The notes under the pieces: model-generated
What the model saw: only the letters and a program-made list of their open reading frames with translations
The model's database searches: none
What the model was told of the DNA's origin: nothing
Part shown: positions 23,788-33,536 of the stretch, in pieces
How positions within the stretch are numbered: the first letter of the stretch is position 1
Layout of the letters: every line of letters starts with the position of its first letter
Made by a program: the position numbers and the translations under genes
Assembly: GCA_038893835.1 (NCBI GenBank)
Contig: JAWAQR010000006.1
Coordinates: forward strand, 1-56,137
Length of the DNA: 56,137 bases
Reading direction: 5' to 3'
Source: Archaeoglobaceae archaeon
Lineage (GTDB): Archaea; Halobacteriota; Archaeoglobi; Archaeoglobales; Archaeoglobaceae

Positions 23788-25032
23788 ATGATACTCATAG
23801 AAGGTGCAAAGATTCTTCATGGCAATCGAATCTTGGAAGGAAACATAGTAATAGAGGGCAACAGAATTTCTTATATAGGTGAAAAAAAGGATAAGAGTGA
23901 CATCGTGATAGATGCAAGAGGACTTGCAGCGATTCCGGGACTTTTTAATGCGCATACACATGCAGCAATGACAATTTTCCGAGGTTATGCGGAAGATATG
24001 CCTTTACAGGAATGGTTGGAAAAGAAGATATGGCCCGCAGAAATGAGATTAAATGAAAGGATTGTTTACCTCGCATCAAAGCTAGCTTGCATTGAAATGT
24101 TGAAAACAGGGACAACCTTCTTCCTAGACATGTATTTCTTCCCATCAGCAACTGCAAGGGCTGTTGAGGAAACTGGAATTAGAGCTTGCATATCTTCAGC
24201 ATTCTTCGACTTCTTCAATTCAGAAATTCTTGAAGCTAGCTTGAAGAGGGTGGAAAAAGAGCTTAGGGAGCTGGAGAAGTTTAAGGTTATGAGGGCAATA
24301 GCTCCACATGCGGTTTATACTGTTAGCATTGAAGGCTTAAAAATTTCTGCAGAGATGGCAAAGGAAAAAGGGGTTTTTCTACACTTTCATCTTGCAGAAA
24401 CTGAAAAAGAGGTAGTTGATTTTAGAAAGAAGCATGGAAAAGGAATAGTTCAAGTTTTGGACGAGATAGGATTTCTTAGCTCAAACCTCTTCTGCGCTCA
24501 TGGAGTTTGGCTTGAGAGTGGAGAAATAGAAGTTCTGGCAAAAAGATCTGCGAATGTAGTCCATTGTCCGACGAGCAACATGAAGCTCGGTGTTGGTAGG
24601 GCTATGAACTATCCTGAGATGAGAAAATTTGGTCTAAACGTCCTTCTTGGAACAGATGGTGCTGCAAGCAACAATTCTTTGAACATGTTCAGCGAAATGA
24701 AGTTCTGCGCTTTACTGCAGAAGTTCAGCTATGGAGCTGAGAGTTTCAAAGCATTTGAAGCCCTAAAGATGGCAACAGAAAATGCTGGTAAAGCATTTGG
24801 AATAAAAGCTGGAAGAATTGAAGAGAACTGGCTTGCAGACATAGTTTTAGTAGATTTGAAGCAAGTTCAATCAACCCCATGCCACGATCTAATCGCAAAC
24901 TTGGTTTATACAGCTCCGATTGTGGATACGGTAATAGTTGATGGGAAGGTAGTTGTGGAGAACGGTCACTTCGATGGGGAAGAAAGAGTTGTGGAGGAGT
25001 TCTCGAAAGAGGCTGAAAGATTCCTTGTATAG
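23788..25032 (+). CDS. mtaD: Amidohydrolase, 5'-methylthioadenosine/SAH/5'-deoxyadenosine deaminase family (MtaD/DadD)
   Basis: NAHTHAAM, APHAVY, HFHLAET..E, AHGVW and GTDGAASNN metal-site motifs. Confidence 0.78.
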   Translation: MILIEGAKILHGNRILEGNIVIEGNRISYIGEKKDKSDIVIDARGLAAIPGLFNAHTHAAMTIFRGYAEDMPLQEWLEKKIWPAEMRLNERIVYLASKLACIEMLKTGTTFFLDMYFFPSATARAVEETGIRACISSAFFDFFNSEILEASLKRVEKELRELEKFKVMRAIAPHAVYTVSIEGLKISAEMAKEKGVFLHFHLAETEKEVVDFRKKHGKGIVQVLDEIGFLSSNLFCAHGVWLESGEIEVLAKRSANVVHCPTSNMKLGVGRAMNYPEMRKFGLNVLLGTDGAASNNSLNMFSEMKFCALLQKFSYGAESFKAFEALKMATENAGKAFGIKAGRIEENWLADIVLVDLKQVQSTPCHDLIANLVYTAPIVDTVIVDGKVVVENGHFDGEERVVEEFSKEAERFLV

Positions 25033-26021
25033 AACCTCTTTTTTTCATCCCATGGAAGCTTTTTTATTTCTTCCATGACTTTTTCGGAAACCAGATAAAG
25101 TCTCTGTTCTCTACATACATCGTAAAAATCGGATTTTTGCAGATTTAGCCAGTCGAAATCTTTGAAAACACTCTTTGAAACAACTCTAACTGTTTTATCT
25201 CCAACCCTCAACCTTACACTTTTCTTTGGCAACTCCTTTCTCAGCCTCCACTTGGCAACAACTCTGGGCTGAACTTCTCTTACAGCCTCCTCGACTCCAA
25301 CGTCATCCAACACAACTTTTAACACAATTTCAGCAATGTGGTTTATCCTATCTGACACCCCGACGATATCTCCTCTTAATTCTATTCTTTGTCTTTCGCA
25401 TTTTATTCCCGCCTTTTCAAGTTCATCTCCTATTGCTCCTGTAAGGTATCTATTTTCACCCTTGTCCACTATTCCTCCAATTACATAACATCTAGCATCT
25501 CCTTTTTTAAAGAGCTCATCTCCCTTTGGATCGAGTAAGACGACTTCATTTATACCTCTATTCAGCAGAAATTCTTCCAATTTCTCGCAGTAAACTCCAA
25601 CTCCGAAATCCTTACCAGCTACTATTAGCCTTCCATCCCACATGAATTCCCTTATTACTCCGAGTGTTTGCGTTACTTGGAGCCTCAGTTTTGATCTCTC
25701 CTTTTCAGAATGGAGATCGTAAAATCTGCAATCTATCGCAATGTATGGGAAATTTCCCATTTCAAATATCTCCTTTCCAAAAAGAACTTCTCCCTCTTTG
25801 TCAACATAAGCTTGGGGTTTTTCTCTTACGATTTTTCCGTCCAATGTGAAGGAATAGTTTAGATTTGCAGATCCCTTTAAAACGTATGCTCTCCCATTTG
25901 CAACTTCAAGTGCCATTGCTTTGATCGGATCCCTTGAATACACTATTTCCTTGATCCTTGTCCCAATTCTTTCTATTCCAAGGGAACTAAGTTTTTCAAC
26001 AAAGAATTCTCTGAGTCTCAT
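24966..26021 (-). CDS. trm10: tRNA (purine-9-N1)-methyltransferase Trm10, archaeal type
   Basis: H...E..KLRLQ, VVLLDP, YVIGGIVDK and RIELRGDIVGV.DRIN SPOUT motifs. Confidence 0.85.
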   Translation of the reverse strand: MRLREFFVEKLSSLGIERIGTRIKEIVYSRDPIKAMALEVANGRAYVLKGSANLNYSFTLDGKIVREKPQAYVDKEGEVLFGKEIFEMGNFPYIAIDCRFYDLHSEKERSKLRLQVTQTLGVIREFMWDGRLIVAGKDFGVGVYCEKLEEFLLNRGINEVVLLDPKGDELFKKGDARCYVIGGIVDKGENRYLTGAIGDELEKAGIKCERQRIELRGDIVGVSDRINHIAEIVLKVVLDDVGVEEAVREVQPRVVAKWRLRKELPKKSVRLRVGDKTVRVVSKSVFKDFDWLNLQKSDFYDVCREQRLYLVSEKVMEEIKKLPWDEKKRFYTRNLSASFENSSTTLSSPSK

Positions 26022-26726
26022 TCAAAGAAAGATTTTTGCCTTCACTTCTCTGAATTCTCTATAGTATTTCACGATCTCTCTTCCCTCCACAAATGGAATC
26101 CCCTTTTCTTCAGCATACTTCATCGCCTTTTCTTTGCTTAAAGCCCTTCCACTTTCGCTGTCTAGCATTTCGCAAATTGCGACAGCTGGAGCAATACCAG
26201 CCAATTCTGCAAGAGCTACACTCAACTCAGTCTGTCCCACTCTTTCATATACAAGGTTCTCTGAAGCCCTAAGAATTGCAACGTGTCCTGGGCTTCTGAA
26301 TTCTTTGCCAAAATCCACTTCCCCATTCATCATTACTATGTCCACGACTTCTCCTATTCTCTTGATCGTCTTCGCTCTGTCTATGTCAGTTATTCCTGTA
26401 AAAGTATCCCTGTGATTGACCCATATTGAAAAGGAACTTCTGCTGTCATATTTTATATCGAAATTCGAAATAGAGGCGAGGGAAGGAATTTTTTCACTCG
26501 CTATTCTAAGCAAATCATGCATGAATGGCAGTCCAAGTTTTTTCGCCGCTATTGGGTGAATTGCAACACAAATCAATCCTCCTCCATCGATACGCATCAT
26601 TGCAACATCCTTTGGCTTTACGAACTGTGCTGGAATCGCTATATCTGTTTCGCCCTCTCTGTATTCAAAATCGAAGATTAATACAGGTTTTCCCTTTCTG
26701 AAGGCCTTCAGAGCTTCTTCTATCAT
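26022..26726 (-). CDS. ribB: 3,4-dihydroxy-2-butanone 4-phosphate synthase
   Basis: REGETD, GGLICVA, SSFSIWVNHRDTFTGITD.DR, FRSPGHV and CEMLD. Confidence 0.95.
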   Translation of the reverse strand: MIEEALKAFRKGKPVLIFDFEYREGETDIAIPAQFVKPKDVAMMRIDGGGLICVAIHPIAAKKLGLPFMHDLLRIASEKIPSLASISNFDIKYDSRSSFSIWVNHRDTFTGITDIDRAKTIKRIGEVVDIVMMNGEVDFGKEFRSPGHVAILRASENLVYERVGQTELSVALAELAGIAPAVAICEMLDSESGRALSKEKAMKYAEEKGIPFVEGREIVKYYREFREVKAKIFL

Positions 26727-27370
26727 AAAATCACCTCTATTTCAACGATGTCGCCGTCCTTCAATCCAAGTGTGTCCCTTAATTTCTTTTCCGAAATCAG
26801 CTCGACGACATCGTTGGGATAATGTGTCCTTTTGGGCATCACAATGAAGGCATCAACTCCGTTAACTTTGCACTTAAAAGCCTTTACTTCTCCAAAGGTC
26901 CTGGATTCAGTTTTAAATCCATCTATCTTTATCCCCTCTTCAGCATCGAGTCTTCTTTTTATAACCATTTCCTCCTTTAGTACCCTTACATTTAGAGTTC
27001 CGGGGAAGGGATCTATACCAAGTTTCTCTCTGAACTGTCTTTTATAACCTTCGAGCGAAACGTAGTAATGCCCCTCTCCAAAGCCACTGAAAACAACTCC
27101 CCGGAACTTTAAGCTACTTATCCCTTCAAAAATCCTTTTGTAATCCAAGTATTCGGAGTGAAGAAGACTTAGACCTTTTTCGGTTATCACAATGAATTGA
27201 CCATCTTTCGTTATTTTCCTTTCTATCAAGCCTTTCTCCTCCAATTCCTTCAATCTTCTTGAAGCAGTTTGGACACTCTGATTGATCCTTTCCGCAAAAT
27301 CCTTACAGCTTATCTTAACGACTTCTCTGGCAGCGTTCATCAACGCTAGGACTTTGAGTGCTTCAATCAT
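26723..27370 (-). CDS. ribK: CTP-dependent riboflavin kinase with N-terminal wHTH (RbkR-type bifunctional regulator)
   Basis: QSVQTASRRLKELE HTH; SGFGEG.YY, PFPGTLN, PKRTHY and LKDGD kinase motifs. ATG 27370 fits the upstream TATA better than 27388. Confidence 0.92.
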   Translation of the reverse strand: MIEALKVLALMNAAREVVKISCKDFAERINQSVQTASRRLKELEEKGLIERKITKDGQFIVITEKGLSLLHSEYLDYKRIFEGISSLKFRGVVFSGFGEGHYYVSLEGYKRQFREKLGIDPFPGTLNVRVLKEEMVIKRRLDAEEGIKIDGFKTESRTFGEVKAFKCKVNGVDAFIVMPKRTHYPNDVVELISEKKLRDTLGLKDGDIVEIEVIL

Positions 27371-27410
27371 ATCAATTTTGAGATACATCTCCCATATGTT
27401 ATAAATTTTT
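27369..27410 (-). promoter_or_regulatory. ribK-ribB promoter with candidate RbkR operator
   Basis: Minus-strand AAAAAATTTATAAC (BRE/TATA, about 27398-27411) followed by the imperfect palindrome ATCTCAA-AA-TTGATAT (27369-27384) over the expected start site. Confidence 0.55.
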
Positions 27411-27449
27411 TGCTCAAATTAGGATAAAATAATCGTTAAGATAAATTTA

Positions 27450-27532
27450 TGCGGGGGGAGGGATTTGAACCCTCGAACCCCTACGGGAGTGGATCTTGAG
27501 TCCACCGCCTTTGGCCACTCGGCAACCCCCGC
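27450..27532 (-). tRNA. tRNA-Leu(CAA)
   Basis: GCGGGGG acceptor stem, anticodon arm GTGGA-CT-CAA-GA-TCCAC, long variable arm and TTCAAAT T-loop; no CCA, no intron. Confidence 0.97.
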
Positions 27533-27607
27533 GATGTTAAGTTGATGTTTCTGTTTTTAAATTTTAATCCATCAGTAAAGAAGATAAGGTGAGGGGGAAT
27601 TAAGGAT

Positions 27608-28126
27608 ATGGCGCACGATGAATCTCATGTCTTAAGGGTTTTGAGAATTGCAAAGTTCATAGCAGAAAGGGAAGGAGCAAATGTTGAAGTGGTGCTGAAA
27701 GCTGCCGAGCTTCATGACATTGCGAGAAATTCAGAAAATCACGCCTTTGAATCAGCGAGAATTGCAGAAAAGATTCTGAGAGATCAGGGATATGATGATA
27801 AGTTTATTGAAGCTGTGAAGCACGCGATTGAAGCGCACTCTTTTTCGGGAAAGATTGAAGCTAAAACGCTGGAAGCGAAGGTTTTAAGCGATGCGGATAA
27901 ATTGGATGCGATTGGAGCAATTGGAATTGCAAGGGCATTCATGTTCAGCGGTGAGAAGGGTAGGAGTATAGAGGAGACGCTCAAGCACTTTGAGGATAAG
28001 CTTTTGAAACTCGTAGACAATCTTTACACCGATACTGCGAAGAGAATTGCGAAAAAAAGGCATGAATTTCTTAAGACATTTTATGATGAAATAAAGAAAG
28101 AAATGGCCTTTCAGGATCTTCAGTAA
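27608..28126 (+). CDS. HD-domain metal-dependent phosphohydrolase
   Basis: H...H..RV, LHDIAR, HSF and DADKLDAIGAIGIAR. Confidence 0.88.
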   Translation: MAHDESHVLRVLRIAKFIAEREGANVEVVLKAAELHDIARNSENHAFESARIAEKILRDQGYDDKFIEAVKHAIEAHSFSGKIEAKTLEAKVLSDADKLDAIGAIGIARAFMFSGEKGRSIEETLKHFEDKLLKLVDNLYTDTAKRIAKKRHEFLKTFYDEIKKEMAFQDLQ

Positions 28127-29130
28127 CATTCTAGAATTCGATAATACGTATCCCTTCTCGCAGGCTTTTTTCCAACAGACTTTATTGCCTCAACTATCTC
28201 CTCCACATTCGCAGGTCTGAATTTTTTACCCGTAGCCCTTATCACGCTCTCCTCAATCAAAGTTCCGCCGAAGTCGTTTGCACCAAAGAATAGAGCAATC
28301 TTTGCAACTTCAAAACCTTGAGAAAGCCAAGAAGCCTGAATATTTCTGAAATTTTCTAATACTATCCTTGAAATGGCAAGAACTTTCAAATACCTACTCG
28401 CTCCAGCCTTTTTTAAAAAGTCGAGCTCCGTATTTCCTGGATGAAAAGTCCATGGAATGAAAGCAGTAAAACCTTTTGTTTCCTCCTGAAGTTCCTTTAT
28501 TTTCATTAAGTGCTCTAAGATATCCTCATCGCTTTCGATATGTCCAAAAACCATTGTAGCAGTTGTGGGAATTCCAAGTTTGTGAGCCGTTCGCATAACT
28601 TCAAGCCATTCTTCTGCGCTGCATTTGTTTGGACTTATTTTTTTCCTAATCCTATCCACCAGTATCTCCGCACCTCCACCGGGTAAAGAATCGAGTCCAG
28701 AGTTCTTTAGCCTTAAAAGAACTTCCTCATAACTTAATCCTTCTAATTTTGATAGAAAAACGATTTCTGGTGGAGAAAGGCTATGAAGATGAATTTTTGG
28801 AAAAATCTTCTTTATTCTTGAAAATATTCCCTCAAACCACTCTATCCCAAGCTCCGGATTCAGTCCACCTTGTAGCATTATCTGTGTTGCTCCCATTCTA
28901 ACAGCTTTGGCAACCCTTTCAATTATCTCTTCGTATGAAAGCGTAAATCCTTTATCTCTGGCATAAAAAGCGCAGAATTTGCACTTAGAAATGCAGACGT
29001 TCGTGTAATTTATCGTGGCATCGACCACAAAGGTTACAACATCTCCACATTTTTCCCTAACTATCCTGTTGGCCATTTTTCCAAGCTCTGGAAGGGATAG
29101 GGAAAAGAGGTCAGAGTAGTCGATGCTCAT
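28120..29130 (-). CDS. mqnC: Cyclic dehypoxanthine futalosine synthase (radical SAM)
   Basis: INYTNVCISKCKFCAF, MLQGG, SLPGGGAEIL, QASW and GANDFGGT.IEE.V; clustered with mqnA/E/D. Confidence 0.9.
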   Translation of the reverse strand: MSIDYSDLFSLSLPELGKMANRIVREKCGDVVTFVVDATINYTNVCISKCKFCAFYARDKGFTLSYEEIIERVAKAVRMGATQIMLQGGLNPELGIEWFEGIFSRIKKIFPKIHLHSLSPPEIVFLSKLEGLSYEEVLLRLKNSGLDSLPGGGAEILVDRIRKKISPNKCSAEEWLEVMRTAHKLGIPTTATMVFGHIESDEDILEHLMKIKELQEETKGFTAFIPWTFHPGNTELDFLKKAGASRYLKVLAISRIVLENFRNIQASWLSQGFEVAKIALFFGANDFGGTLIEESVIRATGKKFRPANVEEIVEAIKSVGKKPARRDTYYRILECY

Positions 29131-29833
29131 AGCACATTTCCCTGAAAACTTCTATAGCCTTCCTTTCCTTTTGCCCAAGTTCATGGATTAAGGAAGAGAA
29201 GTAGTGGAATAGAAAATCTTCTGGAAGTCTGAATTTTTCGCTCGCAATGCTCACGACTTCTTCAATATTCCTCCTTCCCCACCTCATCGATTCAAGCACG
29301 TCTTCATCTATTCCATCAACTCTCGAAACAGCTACACCAAAAACAGCTGGTAGACCTGTTATTTCTTTCCATTCCTCTCCTATGTCCATTAAAACTCGAT
29401 AGCGCATTCTAGCTTTTATAGCTTCGTCTCCTATGACCAATGCGTGCTCGTAATTTCTGAGCATCTCCTCAACACAACCATTTACGATTATTAGCTCATT
29501 CTTTAAACCCTTTATTTCCTTTATCAGCCTCATCATGCTAATTGAAGTCATTGAATTTGCAGTCATGGCTATTGGAGAATCATCAAGTTTTCTTTTTTTT
29601 GAAACGACTAAAACGCTGTAAATCTCCCCATCCGATGCAACACAAAAGCATTTTGGCTCATAATTTTTTCTTATTAGCTCGAAAGTTGGAATTGGAGCAT
29701 AAACTATTTCTCCTTTTTCAAACATGCTTGCCAGCTTTCTCGGACTACCTTCGACAACCTCGTATTTGCACTCCTTTTCAAGCTTGTAGTAGGGTAGGAA
29801 GTTGTTTATGAAACCGAATTTACCGATTTTCAT
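29111..29833 (-). CDS. mqnA: Chorismate dehydratase (futalosine pathway)
   Basis: FINNFLPYY, VASDG.I.SV, SMTS, LVIGDEA and DIGEEWKEITGLP.VF. Confidence 0.88.
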   Translation of the reverse strand: MKIGKFGFINNFLPYYKLEKECKYEVVEGSPRKLASMFEKGEIVYAPIPTFELIRKNYEPKCFCVASDGEIYSVLVVSKKRKLDDSPIAMTANSMTSISMMRLIKEIKGLKNELIIVNGCVEEMLRNYEHALVIGDEAIKARMRYRVLMDIGEEWKEITGLPAVFGVAVSRVDGIDEDVLESMRWGRRNIEEVVSIASEKFRLPEDFLFHYFSSLIHELGQKERKAIEVFREMCYEHRLL

Positions 29834-30827
29834 AGATCTTTAAAATGTTGAAAAATGCATCTCTTTCTGCAGGAATTTTTCCCGCATTTCTTATCAACGA
29901 TAAGATCTCATCAACGCTCAAACCAATGGGAGTTCTTGCTCCTGCAGAATGTGCTATTTTTTCTTTACCAACTGTACCATCGAGATCGTTTGCCCCATAG
30001 TGCAGTGCTATCTCTGAAAGTTCCAGACCGAGCATAACCCAGTAAGCCTTTATTCCTCTGAAGTTTGGAAGTGCCAACCTTGAAACGGCAATTGTTTTCA
30101 AAATTTCTATTGGAGATGGAGATTTTTTGAAATCTGTTCCCTCTGGATGGAATGGAAGAGGAACAAATGCCAGAAATCCTCCAGTCTTTTCCTGAAGTTT
30201 TCTTAACTTGTACAAATGGATCGCTCTCTGTCTGATGTTCTCCACATGGCCAAAGAGCATGGTTGCGTTGCTTTTTATTCCGAGTTCGTGTGCTATTCTC
30301 ATAACCCTGAGCCATTCATAGCTTTTACACTTCTTTGGGCAAATCTCCATTCTGACACCATCTACGAGTATTTCCGCCCCACCACCAGTTAGGATCTTCA
30401 AACCGGCATCTTTCAATCTTGAAAGAAACTCTCTTACGCTCATCTTTTCTTTTTTCGAATAGTAATGAACTTCAGCAGCTGTTAACGCTTTGATCGTTGC
30501 AGAGCAATTCGAAGAAATCTTGCGAAAGATCTCTTCAAAGTATTCAATTCCAAGCTCCGGGTTGTGAGAACCAACTATGTGTAATTCCTTGGCCCCATTC
30601 CTTGCAGCTGTTAAAGCTTCATTCACGACCTCATCTACAGTAAGCGTGAAAGGTTTTTTACGATGATAGGCACAAATTTTGCATTTTGTCTCACAAACAT
30701 TGCTGTAATTTATGTGTGCGTTGATCGAAAACGTGATTATATCTTCCTTCCCTACCATCAAACCGAGTTCATGAAGATCGAGCTTGAATAGATCCTCTAT
30801 CTCCTTAACTGACATCTCGTAGAACAT
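29820..30827 (-). CDS. mqnE: Aminodeoxyfutalosine synthase (radical SAM)
   Basis: INYSNVCETKCKICAY, ELHIVG, KALTAAE, SNATMLFGHVE, IKAYWVMLG and DLDGTV..EKIAHSAGA. Confidence 0.88.
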   Translation of the reverse strand: MFYEMSVKEIEDLFKLDLHELGLMVGKEDIITFSINAHINYSNVCETKCKICAYHRKKPFTLTVDEVVNEALTAARNGAKELHIVGSHNPELGIEYFEEIFRKISSNCSATIKALTAAEVHYYSKKEKMSVREFLSRLKDAGLKILTGGGAEILVDGVRMEICPKKCKSYEWLRVMRIAHELGIKSNATMLFGHVENIRQRAIHLYKLRKLQEKTGGFLAFVPLPFHPEGTDFKKSPSPIEILKTIAVSRLALPNFRGIKAYWVMLGLELSEIALHYGANDLDGTVGKEKIAHSAGARTPIGLSVDEILSLIRNAGKIPAERDAFFNILKIYENR

Positions 30828-31623
30828 CGACGATTGGTTTTTTAACTATTTTCTTCTCCTCAGCTAGTTCAAAAATGACCTCTATCGCCCTTTCAACTTT
30901 CTTAGGCATTTCCAGTGTGAATTCGTTCACATACATCTTTACAAATTTACTCAACCTTTCCCTGTCCAAACCTCTCGAATATCTTTCCGCATAATTCAAT
31001 GCCTCATCAAAGTTTTCCAGCGCATATTTAATGCTAGCCCTCATCGCTTTGAGGAACTCCTTTTGGACTGCTATATCTAGATTTCTTCTTATCGCATTAA
31101 CACCGAGAGGTAATGGCAGAGATGTGAGCGAATACCACCAGTCAAACAGGTCTAGAACTTTTTTTAGCCCATAATCTTCAAAGTTCAGTTGTGATTCATG
31201 TATCAAAAGCCCGGCATCAACTTTTCCTGACAAAACTGCATTGATTATCTCATCAAATTTCATTTCCAGCATTTTTGCATTGCAAGCAAGTCTTAGCAGT
31301 AGAGCTGAAGTTGTATTTTTTCCGGGAATTGCGACTATAGCGTTATCGAGATCAACTTTTTCCCTAGCTACTACAATTGGTCCATAACCATTTCCCACAC
31401 TTGCGCCTGAACTTAAAATGCGATAAATTTTCGAAACTGAAGCGTAGGCATGGACAGATATTGCTGTAACATCATAAATACCGTGAAAAGCACGAAGGTT
31501 GAGAGTTTCTATGTCTTCCACAATGCTCTCAACCTCGAATGGTGTCCAGATTTTACCGTTCATCATCGCATAGAACATGAAGGCATCATCTGCATCGGGG
31601 GTATGGGCTACAGTTATGCGCAT
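30805..31623 (-). CDS. mqnD: 1,4-dihydroxy-6-naphthoate synthase
   Basis: AHTPDADDAFMFYA, DIETLN, GASVG.GYGP, GLLIHE and LPLPLG. Confidence 0.92.
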   Translation of the reverse strand: MRITVAHTPDADDAFMFYAMMNGKIWTPFEVESIVEDIETLNLRAFHGIYDVTAISVHAYASVSKIYRILSSGASVGNGYGPIVVAREKVDLDNAIVAIPGKNTTSALLLRLACNAKMLEMKFDEIINAVLSGKVDAGLLIHESQLNFEDYGLKKVLDLFDWWYSLTSLPLPLGVNAIRRNLDIAVQKEFLKAMRASIKYALENFDEALNYAERYSRGLDRERLSKFVKMYVNEFTLEMPKKVERAIEVIFELAEEKKIVKKPIVDVLRDVS

Positions 31624-31647
31624 GAAAAAAGTGATTTGAAAATAAAA

Positions 31648-32616
31648 TTAATCCATCGCCATTTCGATCAACTCATGGACCATCAATGGTTTCATTCCAA
31701 TCTCCCTTATTTTCTCACCAAGAGTTGCGAAACACATTGGGCAAAGAAAGACTACAAAATCCGCATCAGTTTTGGCTATGTCTGAAACGTTCTTTGATTG
31801 AAGCTCATCGACCAGATTTCTTTCACCTGAGAGAATAAATGGAGCTCCACAGCATATTGCCCTTTCGCGATCGAACTCCCTTTTAACCCTTTCCAGCGCC
31901 AGAGCTTCACATATCTCGTCGAAGAGTTTATCGGTTTCATTCAGCCTATTGGAGCAGGGCCTTTGGTAGGCTATTTTTAAGTTCAACTTTCTCAATTTCC
32001 CTTGGGCGATCAGTTCTAGGAAGTATTGATAGATGTGCTTGACTCTAAGGCTCACATTTATTCCATATGCAGGTAGAAAAGACTTGTAGAAGCTGTAGCA
32101 TTCATCATGAAAGAGAACTAACTCTTCGAAGTTGAGAGAGGAGATGTTTTCCAGCACCTTTAAAGCTCTTTTTTTTATTATAGAAGAGTTTCCAAAGTGC
32201 AGATAGACGAGGTTGCAGAATATGTGTCTTCCTCGAACTATTTCGAAATCTCTAAAAACATTTGTCTTGTTCAGTTCCTTGAATTCCGGAAAAAGGCAGA
32301 TATGTAAAGCTTTTTTAACTTTTTTAGCTCTAAACTCTCCTTCTGGAGCATATCTTTTCTCCAGAGCTTCAAGAACTTCCCTTCTCACTTTCTGCACACC
32401 GAATCTTTCTTGCATTTCTACAATTTTATAAAAAGGATGATTATTATATGGGCAAAATTCCTCACATGCATAACAGTTTCTACACTCTTCAAGAACTTTG
32501 CCAAACTCATTTCTTGCAACTTTCAGAAACTCCTTTGGATCGCTGATGTAACCGCATTTACTCATGCAGAATATTTCACATTTCTCACAGAGAGAGGAAT
32601 TGAATTTGAGCTCCAT
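31648..32616 (-). CDS. Fe-S oxidoreductase with ferredoxin and CCG domains (HdrD/GlcF-like), soluble
   Basis: CEKCEIFCMSKC and CRNCYACEEFCP; degenerate first CCG domain (HDECY), second domain QRPC..CCG..CPMC. ATG 32616 after AGGTGA (ORF track start 32634). Confidence 0.75.
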   Translation of the reverse strand: MELKFNSSLCEKCEIFCMSKCGYISDPKEFLKVARNEFGKVLEECRNCYACEEFCPYNNHPFYKIVEMQERFGVQKVRREVLEALEKRYAPEGEFRAKKVKKALHICLFPEFKELNKTNVFRDFEIVRGRHIFCNLVYLHFGNSSIIKKRALKVLENISSLNFEELVLFHDECYSFYKSFLPAYGINVSLRVKHIYQYFLELIAQGKLRKLNLKIAYQRPCSNRLNETDKLFDEICEALALERVKREFDRERAICCGAPFILSGERNLVDELQSKNVSDIAKTDADFVVFLCPMCFATLGEKIREIGMKPLMVHELIEMAMD

Positions 32617-32620
32617 GAAC

Positions 32621-33532
32621 TCACCTGATACCAAGTCTCCTCAGCAATTGAGAAGCTCTTTCCTGCCCATAGAACTCATATACTCCTCCCTTACTTCCCG
32701 GCTTAACACTTGGATCTCCAAGATATCCTGCATCAACCAGCTGAATTAAAAGTCTTGGCGGAGCCCATTTGGGATCTTTTGTCATTTGGAACATCGCCTC
32801 ATAAATTCTCAGCCTAGTATCAAGTCCCACAAGATCGCCCGTTTCAATTGGCCCCATCGCATATCCATAGCCGAGCATCATCGCTATGTCTATGTCTTGT
32901 GGCGTTGCAATCCCTTCTTGAAGCATCAGCATCGCCTCTTTACCAAGAATTAGCCCCAAGCGTGTTGTTGCGAAGCCTGGAGAGTCTTTTACTATTATCG
33001 GAACTTTTCCAAGTTTTGATAACCAGTCCCTTATTTCTAAAATCAGCTTTCTTTCTGTCAAAACACCTTCCACTAGCTCTACGAGCTTTTGAATTTGTGC
33101 TGGATTGAAAAAGTGCATCCCTAGAAATCTGTTTGGATTCTTCACGGCTGAGGAAAGCTTTGTGATGCTTATTGAGGAAGTGTTTGAAGCCATAACTGCA
33201 TCGCTAATCGATGACAGTTCTTTGAAAACTCTCAACTTCAAGTCCAAATCCTCATAAACCGCTTCTATGATTAGATCGCACTCCTTCAGATCCTCATATT
33301 TCGTGGAAACCTTTATCCTCGAAAGGACTCTTTCAGCCTCACTCTCGCTCATCTTTCCCTTTTCAACCAATTTCTTGACACCAAATCTCCCCTCTCTGAT
33401 CGCCTTTAGTCCATTATCAAGCGCCTCTTTTCTATTATCTACGGCAACAACCTCGTATCCTTGCTGAGCAAAAAATTGTGTTATCTGCGATCCCATCAAT
33501 CCGAAACCAACAACTCCTATACACTTAAACAT
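32621..33532 (-). CDS. 3-hydroxyacyl-CoA dehydrogenase
   Basis: GFGLMG, IIEAVYE, ASNTSS, GMHFFNPA..LVE and DLVGLD. Confidence 0.93.
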   Translation of the reverse strand: MFKCIGVVGFGLMGSQITQFFAQQGYEVVAVDNRKEALDNGLKAIREGRFGVKKLVEKGKMSESEAERVLSRIKVSTKYEDLKECDLIIEAVYEDLDLKLRVFKELSSISDAVMASNTSSISITKLSSAVKNPNRFLGMHFFNPAQIQKLVELVEGVLTERKLILEIRDWLSKLGKVPIIVKDSPGFATTRLGLILGKEAMLMLQEGIATPQDIDIAMMLGYGYAMGPIETGDLVGLDTRLRIYEAMFQMTKDPKWAPPRLLIQLVDAGYLGDPSVKPGSKGGVYEFYGQERASQLLRRLGIR

Positions 33533-33536
33533 TCAA

